From: Thermoleophilia bacterium
Lineage (GTDB): Bacteria; Actinomycetota; Thermoleophilia; RBG-16-64-13
DNA: 64,000 nucleotides
Assembly (NCBI GenBank): GCA_040770645.1
Contig: JAXGIS010000002.1
Location: forward strand, 20,962-84,961
Direction of reading: 5' to 3'
Positions 28,605 to 39,190 of this stretch are shown here, piece by piece; the first letter of the stretch is position 1, and the number at the start of each line of letters is the position of its first letter. Below the pieces are notes generated by a model. That model did no database searches. It was not told the origin of the DNA and was given only the letters and a program-made list of their open reading frames with translations. The position numbers and the translations under genes are program-made.

Positions 28605-29792
28605 TCAGGGGCGCTGCTCGTCCTTCGGCCTGTCGGCCTTAGCTTGATGACCAGGTATACCGCAGTACAGGCTGCCCGGCAAGGCCACATTGGGACAACG
28701 CTTGCCACCGGCCGTCAGCGCGTGGCACCGGCCGTCGGCCACGTCCGGCACTTCCTCCACCGGCGCAGAGGCCGTTTCACACTCGGCCATCTGGCTCTCA
28801 GATTTGATGTCCACTTTCCAGCCGGTGAGCCGGTTGGCCAACCGCGCATTGATACCTTCCTTGCCGATGGCAAGGTTGAGTTGGTCGTCGGGCACCACCA
28901 CGGTGGCCTCGCGGTTGACGTCGTCCAGAAGCACTTCGCGTACACGCGCCGGCGAGAGTGCCTTGGCCACGAACCGCGCCGGTTCCTCGTTATAGGGGAT
29001 TATGTCTATCTTCTCGCCTCGAAGCTCGGACACCACCATGCGCACGCGCGAACCACGGGGTCCCACACACGCCCCCACCGGGTCCACGCCGTCGCTATGC
29101 GAGACCACGGAGATCTTGGAGCGGACGCCCGGCTCCCGCGCCACTCCCATGATCTCCACCAACCCGTCCGCGATCTCGGGGACTTCCAGCTCGAACAGAC
29201 GGCGGATCAGCTCCTCGCTGCGACGCGAGAGCGTGACCGGCGGGCCCTTGGGATCCTGCATGACTTCTTTGATGACCGCTTTGATGCGCATACCGTGCTC
29301 GTACTTCTCATTGGGCACCTGCTCGGACTTGGGAAGCAGTGCCTCCACCCGCCCCAGGTCCACCAGCGTGTAGCGATTGTCTGACTGCTGCACGATGCCG
29401 GTGACGATCTCGCCCAACCGCGTTGAGTATTCGCGGAAGAAGATGTCCTGCTCGGCCTCGCGAATGCGCTGATAGATGACCTGCTTGGCCGTCTGCGCAG
29501 CGATGCGCCCGAAATCGTCGGGTGTGACCTCCACCCGCTCGGCCATGGACGTATCGATCTCCTGGCCTTCTTCCTCGCCCACTTCCGGCTCGTACCCTTC
29601 AGGGAACACCAGTTCGCACACGTGGATCTCGCCGGTCTCCCGATCTATACGTACCTCCGAGAAGGGAACCGCATTGGCCGTCTTGTTATACGCCGAATGC
29701 AGCGCATCCTCGAGCGCCGAGATCAGCACCTCAAACGGGATCCCTTTCTCCTTCTCCAACTGGTGCAGGGCTTCGATTGTCTCTCGATTCAC
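28605..29792 (-). CDS. nusA: transcription termination/antitermination factor NusA
   Basis: It has an N-terminal domain, S1 and two KH domains ([21 protein letters not shown]...). GTG 29792 forms a GTGA overlap with the rimP stop. The Cys-rich C-terminal tail is [29 protein letters not shown]. Confidence 0.93.
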   Translation of the reverse strand: MNRETIEALHQLEKEKGIPFEVLISALEDALHSAYNKTANAVPFSEVRIDRETGEIHVCELVFPEGYEPEVGEEEGQEIDTSMAERVEVTPDDFGRIAAQTAKQVIYQRIREAEQDIFFREYSTRLGEIVTGIVQQSDNRYTLVDLGRVEALLPKSEQVPNEKYEHGMRIKAVIKEVMQDPKGPPVTLSRRSEELIRRLFELEVPEIADGLVEIMGVAREPGVRSKISVVSHSDGVDPVGACVGPRGSRVRMVVSELRGEKIDIIPYNEEPARFVAKALSPARVREVLLDDVNREATVVVPDDQLNLAIGKEGINARLANRLTGWKVDIKSESQMAECETASAPVEEVPDVADGRCHALTAGGKRCPNVALPGSLYCGIPGHQAKADRPKDEQRP

Positions 29793-30262
29793 TCTCTCGC
29801 CCCCTGTCCAAAGTCGTACACGAGATTCGCTTTGGTCACCGCCGACACCTCGAGTCTGACGTCGGTGCCGTCCTGGCAAATGACGATGGATCGATCATCG
29901 GAGTCCACCAGCACTCCATCCCACGTCTTCCGACCGTTGATGGGTAAGGCTGTGCGCAGGCGCACGCGCTTTCCCCGTTGCGCGGCGAAGTGGGCGGGGG
30001 TGCGCAGCGGGCGGTCCAGGCCGGGTGAACTCACCTCGATGACGTAGTCGCCGGAGATCAGATCGTTGGTCTCCAACGCATCCTCAACGGCTCGGGACAC
30101 ACCACCACACAACTCATGGGTGACGCCGGCGGGGTGATCGATGAACACGCGCACGACACGTCGTGGACCGGAGCCTCTCTGCTCTACCAAGAGCACCTCA
30201 ACGTCGGCGTCCAGCCCCTCGACCACACTCTGCACATAATCTTCATTCAGCACACGTGCCAT
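29789..30262 (-). CDS. rimP: ribosome maturation factor RimP
   Basis: MARVLNEDYVQSV...VIEVSSPGLDRPLRTPAHF. Start ATG 30262; the track ORF extends to 30313. Confidence 0.88.
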   Translation of the reverse strand: MARVLNEDYVQSVVEGLDADVEVLLVEQRGSGPRRVVRVFIDHPAGVTHELCGGVSRAVEDALETNDLISGDYVIEVSSPGLDRPLRTPAHFAAQRGKRVRLRTALPINGRKTWDGVLVDSDDRSIVICQDGTDVRLEVSAVTKANLVYDFGQGARE

Positions 30263-30270
30263 ATACTTCC

Positions 30271-30303
30271 CACAAAACAAAAGTGGGTCCGTCGCACCCA
30301 CTT
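30271..30303 (-). terminator. intrinsic terminator-like hairpin between proS and rimP
   Basis: Minus strand AAGUGGGU-gcgacgg-ACCCACUU followed by UUGUUUUGUGGG. This is an 8-bp stem plus a U-rich tail, and it ends 9 nt before the rimP ATG. Confidence 0.6.
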
Positions 30304-30339
30304 CTGTTCCCACTCCTTCGGCTTGATTTCCTTTGGTGC

Positions 30340-30348
30340 ATTATAGCA
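30340..30348 (-). promoter_or_regulatory. candidate extended -10 promoter element TGCTATAAT upstream of the hairpin and rimP
   Basis: Minus strand cgTGcTATAATgc, 5 nt after the proS stop. No good -35. It is an AT-rich patch in a GC-rich genome. Confidence 0.35.
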
Positions 30349-30350
30349 CG

Positions 30351-32081
30351 CTATAGAGCCTCCTCCCACAGACGGGACACGGCGCCCACCACCCGTTCCA
30401 AGGGCATTTGCACGCGTTCTCCCCCGCTTCTGGGCTCCACTTCCACTATGCGCTCCCCCGCCATCTTCCCCACGGTGATGCGCACGGGACACCCGATCAA
30501 CTCGGCGTCCGTGAACTTCACGCCCGGCCGTTCCGGTCGGTCGTCCCACAGGCAACTCAAGCCTTCCCGCTCCAGCAGGTCGTGCAGAGAGCGGGCCACC
30601 CCCGTCTGCACTTCGTCCTGGGACTGTATCTGTACGATGTGCACATCGAACGGCGCGATACTCTTGGGCCAGACGATACCCTTGGCGTCGTGATGCTGCT
30701 CCACGGCGGCGGCGGCGATGCGCGCAGGACCTATGCCGTACGAGCCCATGACTATAGGGTGTTCCTTCCCGCTCTCGTCCAATATCGTGGCCTTGAGCGG
30801 CGCCGAGTACTTGGTGCCCAGTTTGAAGATGTTGCCGATCTCGAGCACCTGCTCCACCTGCAACTGGGCCCCACAGTGCGGGCACGCGTCTCCGGCGCGG
30901 GCTTCGCGCAGGTCCGCGAACTCCGGCGTCACATCGCGCCCCACCACCACTCCACTCAGGTGGGCGTGGGGTTGATTGGCGCCCACCACATACGGGCGGG
31001 CTCCGCCCACCCCGTCGGGCCGCAGGCTGTCATCGGCGATGACCCGTACCGAGGCCGGCACCCCCACCGGGCCCACAAAACCTACCTCCACGCCCAAGAT
31101 CTCCGCCACCTCATCCGGATGGGCAGGCCGGATCTCGCTCATGAGATGGCGGGCCAGCTTAGCCTCGTGCAGTTCGTGGTCGCCGCGGACCAACGCCAGC
31201 ACCGGTTGGTTGCCATCGGCGATGACCAGCAAGGACTTGATGAGCGACGAGGCCGGGATGCCGAGAAAACCGGAGACCTCTTCTATGGTCCGCTGTTCGG
31301 GAGTGGGGACCACGGTGGGAGCAGAGGCGATGGTCCCCTCCCGGAACTCCTCGGGCGCCTGCGCCACCGAGGCCGCGAGTTCCACGTTGGCCGCATACCC
31401 GCACTCGACACACAGGGCCACCTTGTCCTCACCGGCCGGCGTGGGAGCCATGTACTCGTGGGCGGTGGCACCCCCCATCATGCCGGGATCGCTCTCCACG
31501 CGGTAGAAGGAGAGGCCACAACGCTGGAAGATGCGATCGTAGGCATCTGCATGTTTTTCATAGCTGATATCGAGCCCATCTGTGTCGACATCAAAGCTGT
31601 AGGAGTCCTTCATAAGAAACTCGCGCACGCGCAGGATGCCGCCCTTGGCTCGGGGCTCATCGCGGAATTTGATCTGGATCTGGTACCAGATCTGCGGGAG
31701 CTCACGGTAAGAGCGTAGTTCACGTGAGGCCAACCAGGCGAAGGCTTCCTCGTGGGTCATGGCCAGCACCATATCCCGGCTCCCCCGGTCCTTGAGGCGG
31801 AACATCTCGGCGCCGATGGCGTCGTAGCGACCGGTGGCTTTCCAGACCTCAGCCGGATGTAACGTGGGCATGGAGAGTTCTTGGGCACCAATGGCGTCCA
31901 TCTCCTGGCGGATGATGGCGTTGATCCGCTCCATCACCCTCCAGCCCAAAGGCAGGAACATGTAGATGCCCGCTGCGAACTGGCGAACGAAGCCTCCACG
32001 CACCAATAGTTTGTGGCTGATGGCCTCGGCATCTGCCGGATCCTCCTTGAGCGTCGGCATGAAGAGCCCAGAAGCCCTCAT
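30351..32081 (-). CDS. proS: proline--tRNA ligase
   Basis: 576 aa, intact. Class II aaRS with an INS editing domain (KLLVRGGFVRQFAAGIYMFLPLGWRV...). Confidence 0.95.
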   Translation of the reverse strand: MRASGLFMPTLKEDPADAEAISHKLLVRGGFVRQFAAGIYMFLPLGWRVMERINAIIRQEMDAIGAQELSMPTLHPAEVWKATGRYDAIGAEMFRLKDRGSRDMVLAMTHEEAFAWLASRELRSYRELPQIWYQIQIKFRDEPRAKGGILRVREFLMKDSYSFDVDTDGLDISYEKHADAYDRIFQRCGLSFYRVESDPGMMGGATAHEYMAPTPAGEDKVALCVECGYAANVELAASVAQAPEEFREGTIASAPTVVPTPEQRTIEEVSGFLGIPASSLIKSLLVIADGNQPVLALVRGDHELHEAKLARHLMSEIRPAHPDEVAEILGVEVGFVGPVGVPASVRVIADDSLRPDGVGGARPYVVGANQPHAHLSGVVVGRDVTPEFADLREARAGDACPHCGAQLQVEQVLEIGNIFKLGTKYSAPLKATILDESGKEHPIVMGSYGIGPARIAAAAVEQHHDAKGIVWPKSIAPFDVHIVQIQSQDEVQTGVARSLHDLLEREGLSCLWDDRPERPGVKFTDAELIGCPVRITVGKMAGERIVEVEPRSGGERVQMPLERVVGAVSRLWEEAL

Positions 32082-33160
32082 TCGTCTCCTCCTTCCATCT
32101 GCTCCCGCCCCGTCGCCCCCGTGGCGGCGATCAGGCCGAAGAGTTCATCCACCAAGCATTCCTGCGGTACCTTCTTGACCGGCCGGCCGTGGGCAAAGAT
32201 CACCCCATCCCCCCTGCCGCCGGCTATGCCGAAATCGGCCTTGCGCGCCTCACCCGGCCCGTTGACCACGCAACCCATTACGGCTATCTCCAAGTCGCCC
32301 GTGACTTCATCCAGGCGGGCCTCCACTTCACCGGCCAGGCGGGCCAAGTCAATCTCCGTGCGCCCGCAGGTAGGACATGAGATGAGACGCGGACCACGTC
32401 TCATCAGGCCCAGGCTGCGCAAGATCTCCACCGCCACGGGGATCTCCTCCAGCGGGTCACCGGTGAGGGAGACACGGATGGTGTCTCCAATGCCTTCAGC
32501 CAGCAACACCCCCAAGGCCACGGCGCTGCGCACGGCGCCCAAACGAGGGGTTCCCGCTTCCGTGAGGCCTATGTGGAGCGGGTGGGGCACCGCCTCGGCC
32601 AGTTGTCGGTTGGCGGCGATGGTCACCATGGGCGACGACGACTTCACCGACACTTTGATGGCCCCAAAGCCCAAGTCCTCGAGCATCCCCACATTGCGAC
32701 AGGCCGATTCTACCAGGGCCGCCGCCGGATCCTGCTCCTCCCACCCACGCAGGTCGCGCTCCAGTGAACCGGCATTGACCCCCACCCGAATGACCGTGCC
32801 CCGCTCCCGGGCTGCGGCCACCACCTCCGCCACCGCCGCCCGCCCACCGATATTCCCAGGGTTGAGCCGTACGCCGGCCACACCGGCTTCCACGGCCGCC
32901 ACGGCCAGCCGGTAGTCGAAATGGATATCCGCCACCAAGGGGACGGGGGCTTCGGCCACCACCGCCGGCAACGCCGCCGCCGCCGCCGGAGTGGGAACCG
33001 CCAGCCGCACCACGGCCGCTCCGGCTGTGGCCAGGGCCCGCGTCTGACCGAGCGTAGCCTCCACATCGTCCGTGCGCGTGTTGGTCATGGATTGCACCAC
33101 AACCGGCGCGCCCCCGCCCACCAAAACGCCGCCCAGAGCTACATGACGAAGGCTCGCCAC
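32078..33160 (-). CDS. ispG: 4-hydroxy-3-methylbut-2-en-1-yl diphosphate synthase
   Basis: VVVQSMTNTRTDDVEATLGQ..., CPTCGRTEIDL and VMGCVVNGPGEA. ATGA overlap with proS. Confidence 0.95.
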   Translation of the reverse strand: MASLRHVALGGVLVGGGAPVVVQSMTNTRTDDVEATLGQTRALATAGAAVVRLAVPTPAAAAALPAVVAEAPVPLVADIHFDYRLAVAAVEAGVAGVRLNPGNIGGRAAVAEVVAAARERGTVIRVGVNAGSLERDLRGWEEQDPAAALVESACRNVGMLEDLGFGAIKVSVKSSSPMVTIAANRQLAEAVPHPLHIGLTEAGTPRLGAVRSAVALGVLLAEGIGDTIRVSLTGDPLEEIPVAVEILRSLGLMRRGPRLISCPTCGRTEIDLARLAGEVEARLDEVTGDLEIAVMGCVVNGPGEARKADFGIAGGRGDGVIFAHGRPVKKVPQECLVDELFGLIAATGATGREQMEGGDE

Positions 33161-33161
33161 C

Positions 33162-34305
33162 TCAGAACCAGGTCCCCGTCACCAAGCGCCCGATGTCGTT
33201 GCCGGTGGCCACCAGTGCCAACAGAAGAAACAACCCCAGCCCCACCATGGAGATGCGCTCAAAGGTTCGCAGTGAGAACGTGCGCCGGGTGACTGACTGT
33301 AGGATGTTGATCAAGAAGTGGCCGCCGTCGAGCGGCAGAAGCGGGAGCATATTGAGCACGCCCAACTGGATGCTGATGAAGGCGAGCAGACTGAGGTAGT
33401 AGCCCTCTTGAAACGCCGACGAAGAGATGGCCACTATGCCCACGGGGCCGGCGAGGCCGCCGGAGCCGGTGACAGGTGACTCCCCCGTCACCAACTTGCC
33501 GATCTCTCGGAAGAGTAGGGTGAATAGATTCCAAGTGCGGTCCAGGGCGAAGTTGAAGGCCTGTCCCACGCCGACCGGCCGCTTCTCGGCCGCCGGGCCC
33601 ACCCCCAGGAAGCCACCGCCCTCCTGCACGCCCAGCGTGACCGTCAATGTCAACCGCTCCCCGTCGCGCTCCACCACCAGCGGGACCCGGTTGCCCGGAT
33701 TGGCCCGAATGGCCTCCTGCAGATCCGCCCACGAATCCACGTCCCGTCCGGCCAGAGACACCACGGTGTCGCCCACGGCCACCCCAGCGACCGCCGCCGG
33801 GCTGTTCGCCACCACCTCCTGAATCTGGGTGGTGGGCACCCACAACCCCTGCAAACCCACTACCACCAGCATGAGGAAGGCCACGATGATGTTCATGGTC
33901 ACCCCCGAGACAATGAAGAGCAGACGCTGCCACAGGGGTTTGGCATAGTAGCGACGTGCCAGGGGCGTGTTGGCCACCTCCTCGTCGCTGATGGCCGAAG
34001 AGCCGGTGAGGTACGCTTCCGGGGGTCTCTGGCCAAGGCCTCCTGCTTGGTGCGGGCCGCTTCCTGGCGGGCGGCGTCTTCTTGGTGCATGCCCGTGACC
34101 CTGACGTATCCGCCGATGGGCAGGATGGAGTCCCGTATACCGTCTCCCCCACGCGGCGGCTGAACAGGAAGCGACCGTAACCGATGCTGAATTCCTCCAC
34201 GCGCATGCCCGTGGCTTTGGCCACCGTGAAGTGCCCCAACTCGTGGACCAGGATCAGGAACCCCAGGCCCACGATCCCCACCACCGCACCCAGTACCGTG
34301 CTCAC
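33162..34305 (-). pseudogene. rseP: M50 family site-2 metalloprotease (RseP/Rip1-like), two 1-nt deletions
   Basis: HELGHF is in ORF 33259..34305. [22 protein letters not shown] is in ORF 33899..34090. The PDZ domain and remaining TM helices are in ORF 33162..33977. The shifts fall near 34125 and 34032. GTG start at 34305. Confidence 0.85.
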
Positions 34306-34317
34306 TTGGCGACCTTT

Positions 34318-35466
34318 CTACGCCGCCCCGCGCACGGCGGCTTCCGCCGCCGCGCGGGCGCGGGCGTCACACTCCACCGCTTCCGCAAAGGAACCAAGCC
34401 CACCCTCTCCCTCCGCCTCCAGCGTCTGCGCCACCACTTCGGGTATGTCCACAAAGCGCAGACGCCCGCTGAGGAAGGCGTGCACCGCCACTTCGTTGCC
34501 GGCGTTGAGCGCGCAGGTGGCCCTATCACCACGCGTGCCCGCCCGCCGAGCCAAGGGCAAGCACGGGAAGGCCGTCTCGTCGGGTTCCTCAAACGAAAGC
34601 ATACCGGTTGCGGGCAGATCAAACACCCCCTCCCCCACCGGCGGTCGTGCCGGGTAGTGCAAAGCGTAGGAGATGGGTACGCGCATGTCCGGCAACCCCA
34701 GGTGGGCCAGCAGAGCGCCGTCCCGGAGTCGCACCAAAGCGTGCACGAGCGATTGCGGATGCACCACTACTTCGATGCTGTCGTAGGGACAGGAGAAGAG
34801 ATGATGGGCTTCTATGACTTCCAGACCCTTGTTCATCAGGGTGGCGGAGTCAATGCTGATCTTGGGACCCATATTCCAAGTGGGATGCGCCAAGGCCTCG
34901 GCAGGTGTGACCTCCGCCAGTTGCGCCCGGGATCGGCCGCGGAACGGACCACCCGAGGCCGTGATCACCAAAGAACTCACCTCAGCCCGCTCCACTCCGG
35001 CCAGGAGCTGAAACAAGGCCGAGTGCTCGGAATCCACGGGGAGGATGTCGACACCGGCAGCCCGTGCGACCGCGCTCACCAAACCGCCGGCGCATACCAG
35101 GCTCTCCTTGTTGGCCAACGCCAGCGGCAGCCCCCGTTCCAGAGTGGCCAGAGTGGCCTCCAGGCCCGCGAACCCCACGATGGCGTTCAGCACCAGGTCG
35201 GCCTCTACTTCGCGCACTAGGCGGGCGGCAGCCTCCTGCCCGGCGAACACCACCCCTTCCGGATAGAGCGAGGCGCAGAGCGCCGCTGCTCCCTCGTCGG
35301 CCAGCGCCACATGCGGCACTCCGAAGGCCAGAGCCTGCTCCAGAAGAACCCGTCCGTTTCTGCCACAACTGAGCCCCACCACCGTCAAGCCCGAGTGGTG
35401 GGCGATGACGTCCAGAGCCTGACGCCCGATGGAACCGGTGGATCCCAGGATGACCACTCTTTTCAC
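34318..35466 (-). CDS. dxr: 1-deoxy-D-xylulose 5-phosphate reductoisomerase
   Basis: VVILGSTGSIGRQALDV and NKESLVCAGG. The likely GTG start at 35466 forms a GTGA overlap with cdsA. Confidence 0.94.
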   Translation of the reverse strand: MKRVVILGSTGSIGRQALDVIAHHSGLTVVGLSCGRNGRVLLEQALAFGVPHVALADEGAAALCASLYPEGVVFAGQEAAARLVREVEADLVLNAIVGFAGLEATLATLERGLPLALANKESLVCAGGLVSAVARAAGVDILPVDSEHSALFQLLAGVERAEVSSLVITASGGPFRGRSRAQLAEVTPAEALAHPTWNMGPKISIDSATLMNKGLEVIEAHHLFSCPYDSIEVVVHPQSLVHALVRLRDGALLAHLGLPDMRVPISYALHYPARPPVGEGVFDLPATGMLSFEEPDETAFPCLPLARRAGTRGDRATCALNAGNEVAVHAFLSGRLRFVDIPEVVAQTLEAEGEGGLGSFAEAVECDARARAAAEAAVRGAA

Positions 35467-36275
35467 AGCGGGAAGCCCCCCACCGTGCTCCGCAGCAGCA
35501 ACCACGCGGTCCAGTAGGCCACCATGCCGGCCAGAAACATGGAGTCGAAACGATCGAGGATGCCCCCGTGACCCGGGAGGATGCGCCCGGAGTCTTTCAC
35601 GCGCAGGTCGCGCTTGATGGCAGATTCGATGAGATCACCGAACTGGCCCGCCACACCGATGGCGAGGCCCAAGATGACGGCTTCGCGGATATGGAGCCAG
35701 TCGGGGTTATAGATCATGACGCCGATGGCGAACAAAACAGAGCCCACCAGCCCGCCGATAGCCCCCTCCACCGTCTTCTGGGGAGAGATGCGCCGCGCCA
35801 GTTTGTGATGCCCCACCAACCTTCCCACGGCGTAAGCGAAGGTGTCGTTGAGCCAGGTGGCCCCCAAAGCCAGGATCAGAAGCGCCACTCCGTGCTCCAG
35901 GGCCCGTAACAACATGAGATAGGCGATACCCCCGGCTATCCAGATCACACCGAACAACGTGACGCCCATGCGCCCCGTGAGGTGGTCGCCGGGCCCTGCG
36001 CGCAGCGCCCAGAGGAAGAGCAGCAGCGCGCTGCCGCCGATGCCGCCCGCCAGCCCTGCCAGGCCACCAAAGTACGTGGCGGCCAACGTACCGATGGCCG
36101 CGACGTAACCGATCAGGAGATTGGGGCGATAGGGGCGAATCATCGAGTAGTACTCGTGCAGGGCCAAGACGGCTATGAGCGCGGCGAAGAGCCCGAAAGC
36201 GTACCCGCCCCAGATAACCATCACCAACCCCAAGGGTACGCCGATGATGGCTACCAGAAGGCGCTGCTTAAGCAC
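35463..36275 (-). CDS. cdsA: phosphatidate cytidylyltransferase
   Basis: C-terminal signature GDLIESAIKRDLRVKDSGRILPGHGGILDRFDS, with multiple TM helices. Confidence 0.9.
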   Translation of the reverse strand: MLKQRLLVAIIGVPLGLVMVIWGGYAFGLFAALIAVLALHEYYSMIRPYRPNLLIGYVAAIGTLAATYFGGLAGLAGGIGGSALLLFLWALRAGPGDHLTGRMGVTLFGVIWIAGGIAYLMLLRALEHGVALLILALGATWLNDTFAYAVGRLVGHHKLARRISPQKTVEGAIGGLVGSVLFAIGVMIYNPDWLHIREAVILGLAIGVAGQFGDLIESAIKRDLRVKDSGRILPGHGGILDRFDSMFLAGMVAYWTAWLLLRSTVGGFPL

Positions 36276-36324
36276 GGCAACTCGATCCCGACACGGCGGT
36301 CCGCATCACCCTCGGCGCTCCGCC

Positions 36325-37109
36325 CTACACGTCCCAGCTCTGCCGGGCGCCAAAGCGGCGCTCGCGGGCGGCGTAGTCGTCCACCGCGCGCGCGAAGGCT
36401 GCTTCATCGAAGTCGGGCCACAGCACGTCCGAGAAGTAAAGCTCTGAATATGCCGACTGCCACAGAGCAGGAAGCCGGAGAGCCGCTGCTCGCCCGAGGT
36501 GCGGATGACCAGATCGGGATCGCGCATCTCCGGGGCGTAGAGGCGTGAGGCGATGGCCTCCTCCGTAACCCCGCCGGGATCGGGCGAGGTGGAGAACAGG
36601 TCCCGCACGGCATCCACGATCTCGCTCCGGCCCCCGTAGTTCAGAGCCACGTACAGCCTCAGGCCGGTATTGCCGGCCGTGCGGTTCTCGGAACTGCGCA
36701 TGCGGGCCAGCAGTCCCTGATCCAGGCCCTCGCCCCGCCCAATGAAGACCAGCCTCACGTTCTGCTGGTCCAACTCATCGATCTCCTGGTCGAGCGTGCT
36801 CGCAAACAACGTCATAAGACCGTTGACCTCCTCCGGAGGGCGGTTCCAGTTCTCGGTGGAGAAGGAGTAGACCGTCAGTTCCTCCACACCGAGGCGGGCG
36901 GCGGTGCGCACGGCTCGTTTCACGGCCCGGGCCCCGGCCTCGTGGCCGGCGGCTACCGGCAACCCCCGTTGCTCAGCCCAACGGCCGTTGCCGTCCATGA
37001 TGATGGCCACGTGCCGAGGGACGGCGCCCGACTCCGCCCGGCCTCTGCTGCGACGCAGCCCGGAGGGGGAGCGGCCCAAAAACCTCTTCAGCCGGGAGAT
37101 GGTGGACAT
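36325..37109 (-). pseudogene. uppS: isoprenyl transferase (undecaprenyl diphosphate synthase family), C-terminal frameshift
   Basis: HVAIIMDGNGRWAEQRGL and [17 protein letters not shown] are in the track ORF. The conserved end [38 protein letters not shown] is in another frame with stop TAG at 36325-36327. The shift is at ctctgtggcag, near 36460-36466. Confidence 0.88.
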
Positions 37110-37137
37110 AGGCAGTGGTTGGCGCCGCTCGGAAAAC

Positions 37138-37695
37138 TCAGACCTCGAGAATATCTTCTTCTTTCCGAACGAGACGTTCGTTCAACTTCTCGATGTAGCT
37201 GTCGGTGAGTTTCTGAGCCTCATCTTCCGCCCGACGTTCGTCATCTTCTGAGATCTCGCCCTCCTTCTTGAGGTCTTTGAGATCCTGTATGACATCGCGG
37301 CGGATGTTGCGCACGGCCACGCGGGCGTCCTCGGTCATGCCCTTGACGAGCTTGACCAGCCCTTTGCGGCGTTCCTCGGTCAACACTGGGATGTGCAGGC
37401 GGACGGTGTTGCCGTCCACGTTGGGGGTGAGCGCCAGGTCCGACTCCTGAATGGCCCGCACCACGGAGTTGACCGCGGATTTGTCGTACACAGTGATGGA
37501 GATGGTGCGCGGATCGGGCGTGCCCAGGTTGGCCAACTGCTTGAGCGGCGTACGCGTGCCGTAGTAGTCCACGTGGATGCGATCCAGTAGGGCTGTGGAG
37601 GCACGACCGGTGCGCACGGCGTTGAACTCAGTCATCAGGGCGTCCACCGCGCCCTCCATCCGGCGCTTGGCATCGGCCATCAAGTCGTCAATCAT
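37138..37695 (-). CDS. frr: ribosome recycling factor
   Basis: [33 protein letters not shown].... ATG 37695 lies just after the pyrH stop. Confidence 0.95.
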   Translation of the reverse strand: MIDDLMADAKRRMEGAVDALMTEFNAVRTGRASTALLDRIHVDYYGTRTPLKQLANLGTPDPRTISITVYDKSAVNSVVRAIQESDLALTPNVDGNTVRLHIPVLTEERRKGLVKLVKGMTEDARVAVRNIRRDVIQDLKDLKKEGEISEDDERRAEDEAQKLTDSYIEKLNERLVRKEEDILEV

Positions 37696-38479
37696 GGCTG
37701 CTCTCCTCTCCCGGCCCCGGTGGAACAACATCAGATGATACCACCGTGCCCAAACGCTCTCCGCGCACCACGCGACCCACATTGGCCGGATCGCTCATGC
37801 TGAACACAAGGATGGGGAGGTTGTTGTCCATGCACAGGGAGAAGGCGGTGGAATCCATGACCCGAAGACCGCGCTCCAGGGCCTCGCGGTGGCTGATGGC
37901 GGGGATGAGTTGCGCGCCGGGATGGGTCTCCGGGTCGGCGTCGTAGACGCCTTCGAACTTCTTCTTGGCCATGAGCAGCGCCTCGGCACCGATCTCGAGC
38001 GCCCGTAACGCCGCCGCCGTGTCGGTGGTGAAGAATGGGTTGCCCGTACCGGCCGCGAAGATGACCACGCGCCCCTTCTCCAAGTGGCGAATGGCACGGC
38101 GACGGATGTAGGGTTCGGTCACCTCGCGCATGTCGATGGCCGACATCACCCGCGTGTAAACCCCGTTGCGCTCCAGCGCCTCCTGCAACGCCACCGCATT
38201 GAGCACGGTGGCCACCATACCCATGTAGTCCGCGGTGGCCCGGTCCATGCCCTCGGCTTTCCCCCGACTGCCGCGGAAGATGTTGCCGGCACCCACCACC
38301 ACCGCCAGTTCCACACCCCACAGGCTGATCTGTTCGATCTCGGCCGCCACGGCGCTCACACGCTCCGTGTCGATGCCAAACGCCTGTTCGCCCAGCAGGG
38401 CCTCTCCACTCAGCTTCAGCAGAACTCGGCGATATACGGGTTTCGGATGGCTTCGGCCATCCCCCTCACTTGCGCTCAC
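37688..38479 (-). CDS. pyrH: UMP kinase
   Basis: [16 protein letters not shown] and [11 protein letters not shown]. Confidence 0.95.
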   Translation of the reverse strand: MSASEGDGRSHPKPVYRRVLLKLSGEALLGEQAFGIDTERVSAVAAEIEQISLWGVELAVVVGAGNIFRGSRGKAEGMDRATADYMGMVATVLNAVALQEALERNGVYTRVMSAIDMREVTEPYIRRRAIRHLEKGRVVIFAAGTGNPFFTTDTAAALRALEIGAEALLMAKKKFEGVYDADPETHPGAQLIPAISHREALERGLRVMDSTAFSLCMDNNLPILVFSMSDPANVGRVVRGERLGTVVSSDVVPPGPGEESSHD

Positions 38480-38548
38480 CCTGTCACCTCCCCCATACGA
38501 GGAGGGGCGGCGCCTGCGCGCCGCCCCTCCACTCAGTCCGGCCGGGAG

Positions 38549-39151
38549 CTAGTCGCCCCGCTCGCCCACCCTGAAGCGGGCAAACCGCGCGATCTCGATG
38601 TTCTCCCCAATACGCCCCACCAATTCCCGGCGCAGCGTCTCCACGGTCTTCTCGGGTTCTTTCACAAACGGCTGCTCCAAGAGAACCACCTGCTCGTACC
38701 ACTTGGCCAGTTTGCCCTCGGCGATCTTGGCCAGCACGTTCTCCGGCTTGCCGGTCTCACGCGCCTGCGCCTTGTAGATCTCGAGCTCCTTGTCGAGCTC
38801 ATCCTGCGGGATGTCCTCGCGCTTGACCCAGCGGGGCGAAGATGCCGCGATCTGCATGGCCACATCGTGCACAAAGGCCACGAAGAACTCGTTGCGGGCC
38901 ACGAAATCGGTCTCGCAGTTCACTTCCACCAGCACGCCCACGCGCGCTCCGGGATGGATATAGGCGTGCACCAGGCCCTCGTTGGCCGCGCGCGACGCCT
39001 TCTTGTCGGCAGTGGCCATACCCTTGGTGCGGAGGATTTTGACGGCTTCCTCCACGTTGCCGCCGGCCTCCTCCAAGGCCCGTTTGCAGTCCATCATGCC
39101 CGCGCCGCACATGTCACGCAGGTCCTTGACCATCTTGGCATCGATCGTCAT
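38549..39151 (-). CDS. tsf: elongation factor Ts (short form)
   Basis: MVKDLRDMCGAGMMDCKRALEEAGGNVEEAVKILR, the UBA-like N-terminus. 200 aa. Confidence 0.95.
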   Translation of the reverse strand: MTIDAKMVKDLRDMCGAGMMDCKRALEEAGGNVEEAVKILRTKGMATADKKASRAANEGLVHAYIHPGARVGVLVEVNCETDFVARNEFFVAFVHDVAMQIAASSPRWVKREDIPQDELDKELEIYKAQARETGKPENVLAKIAEGKLAKWYEQVVLLEQPFVKEPEKTVETLRRELVGRIGENIEIARFARFRVGERGD

Positions 39152-39190
39152 GGTGCTCTCGCCTCCAGATAATGGGCCCGTGGGGCCTCG

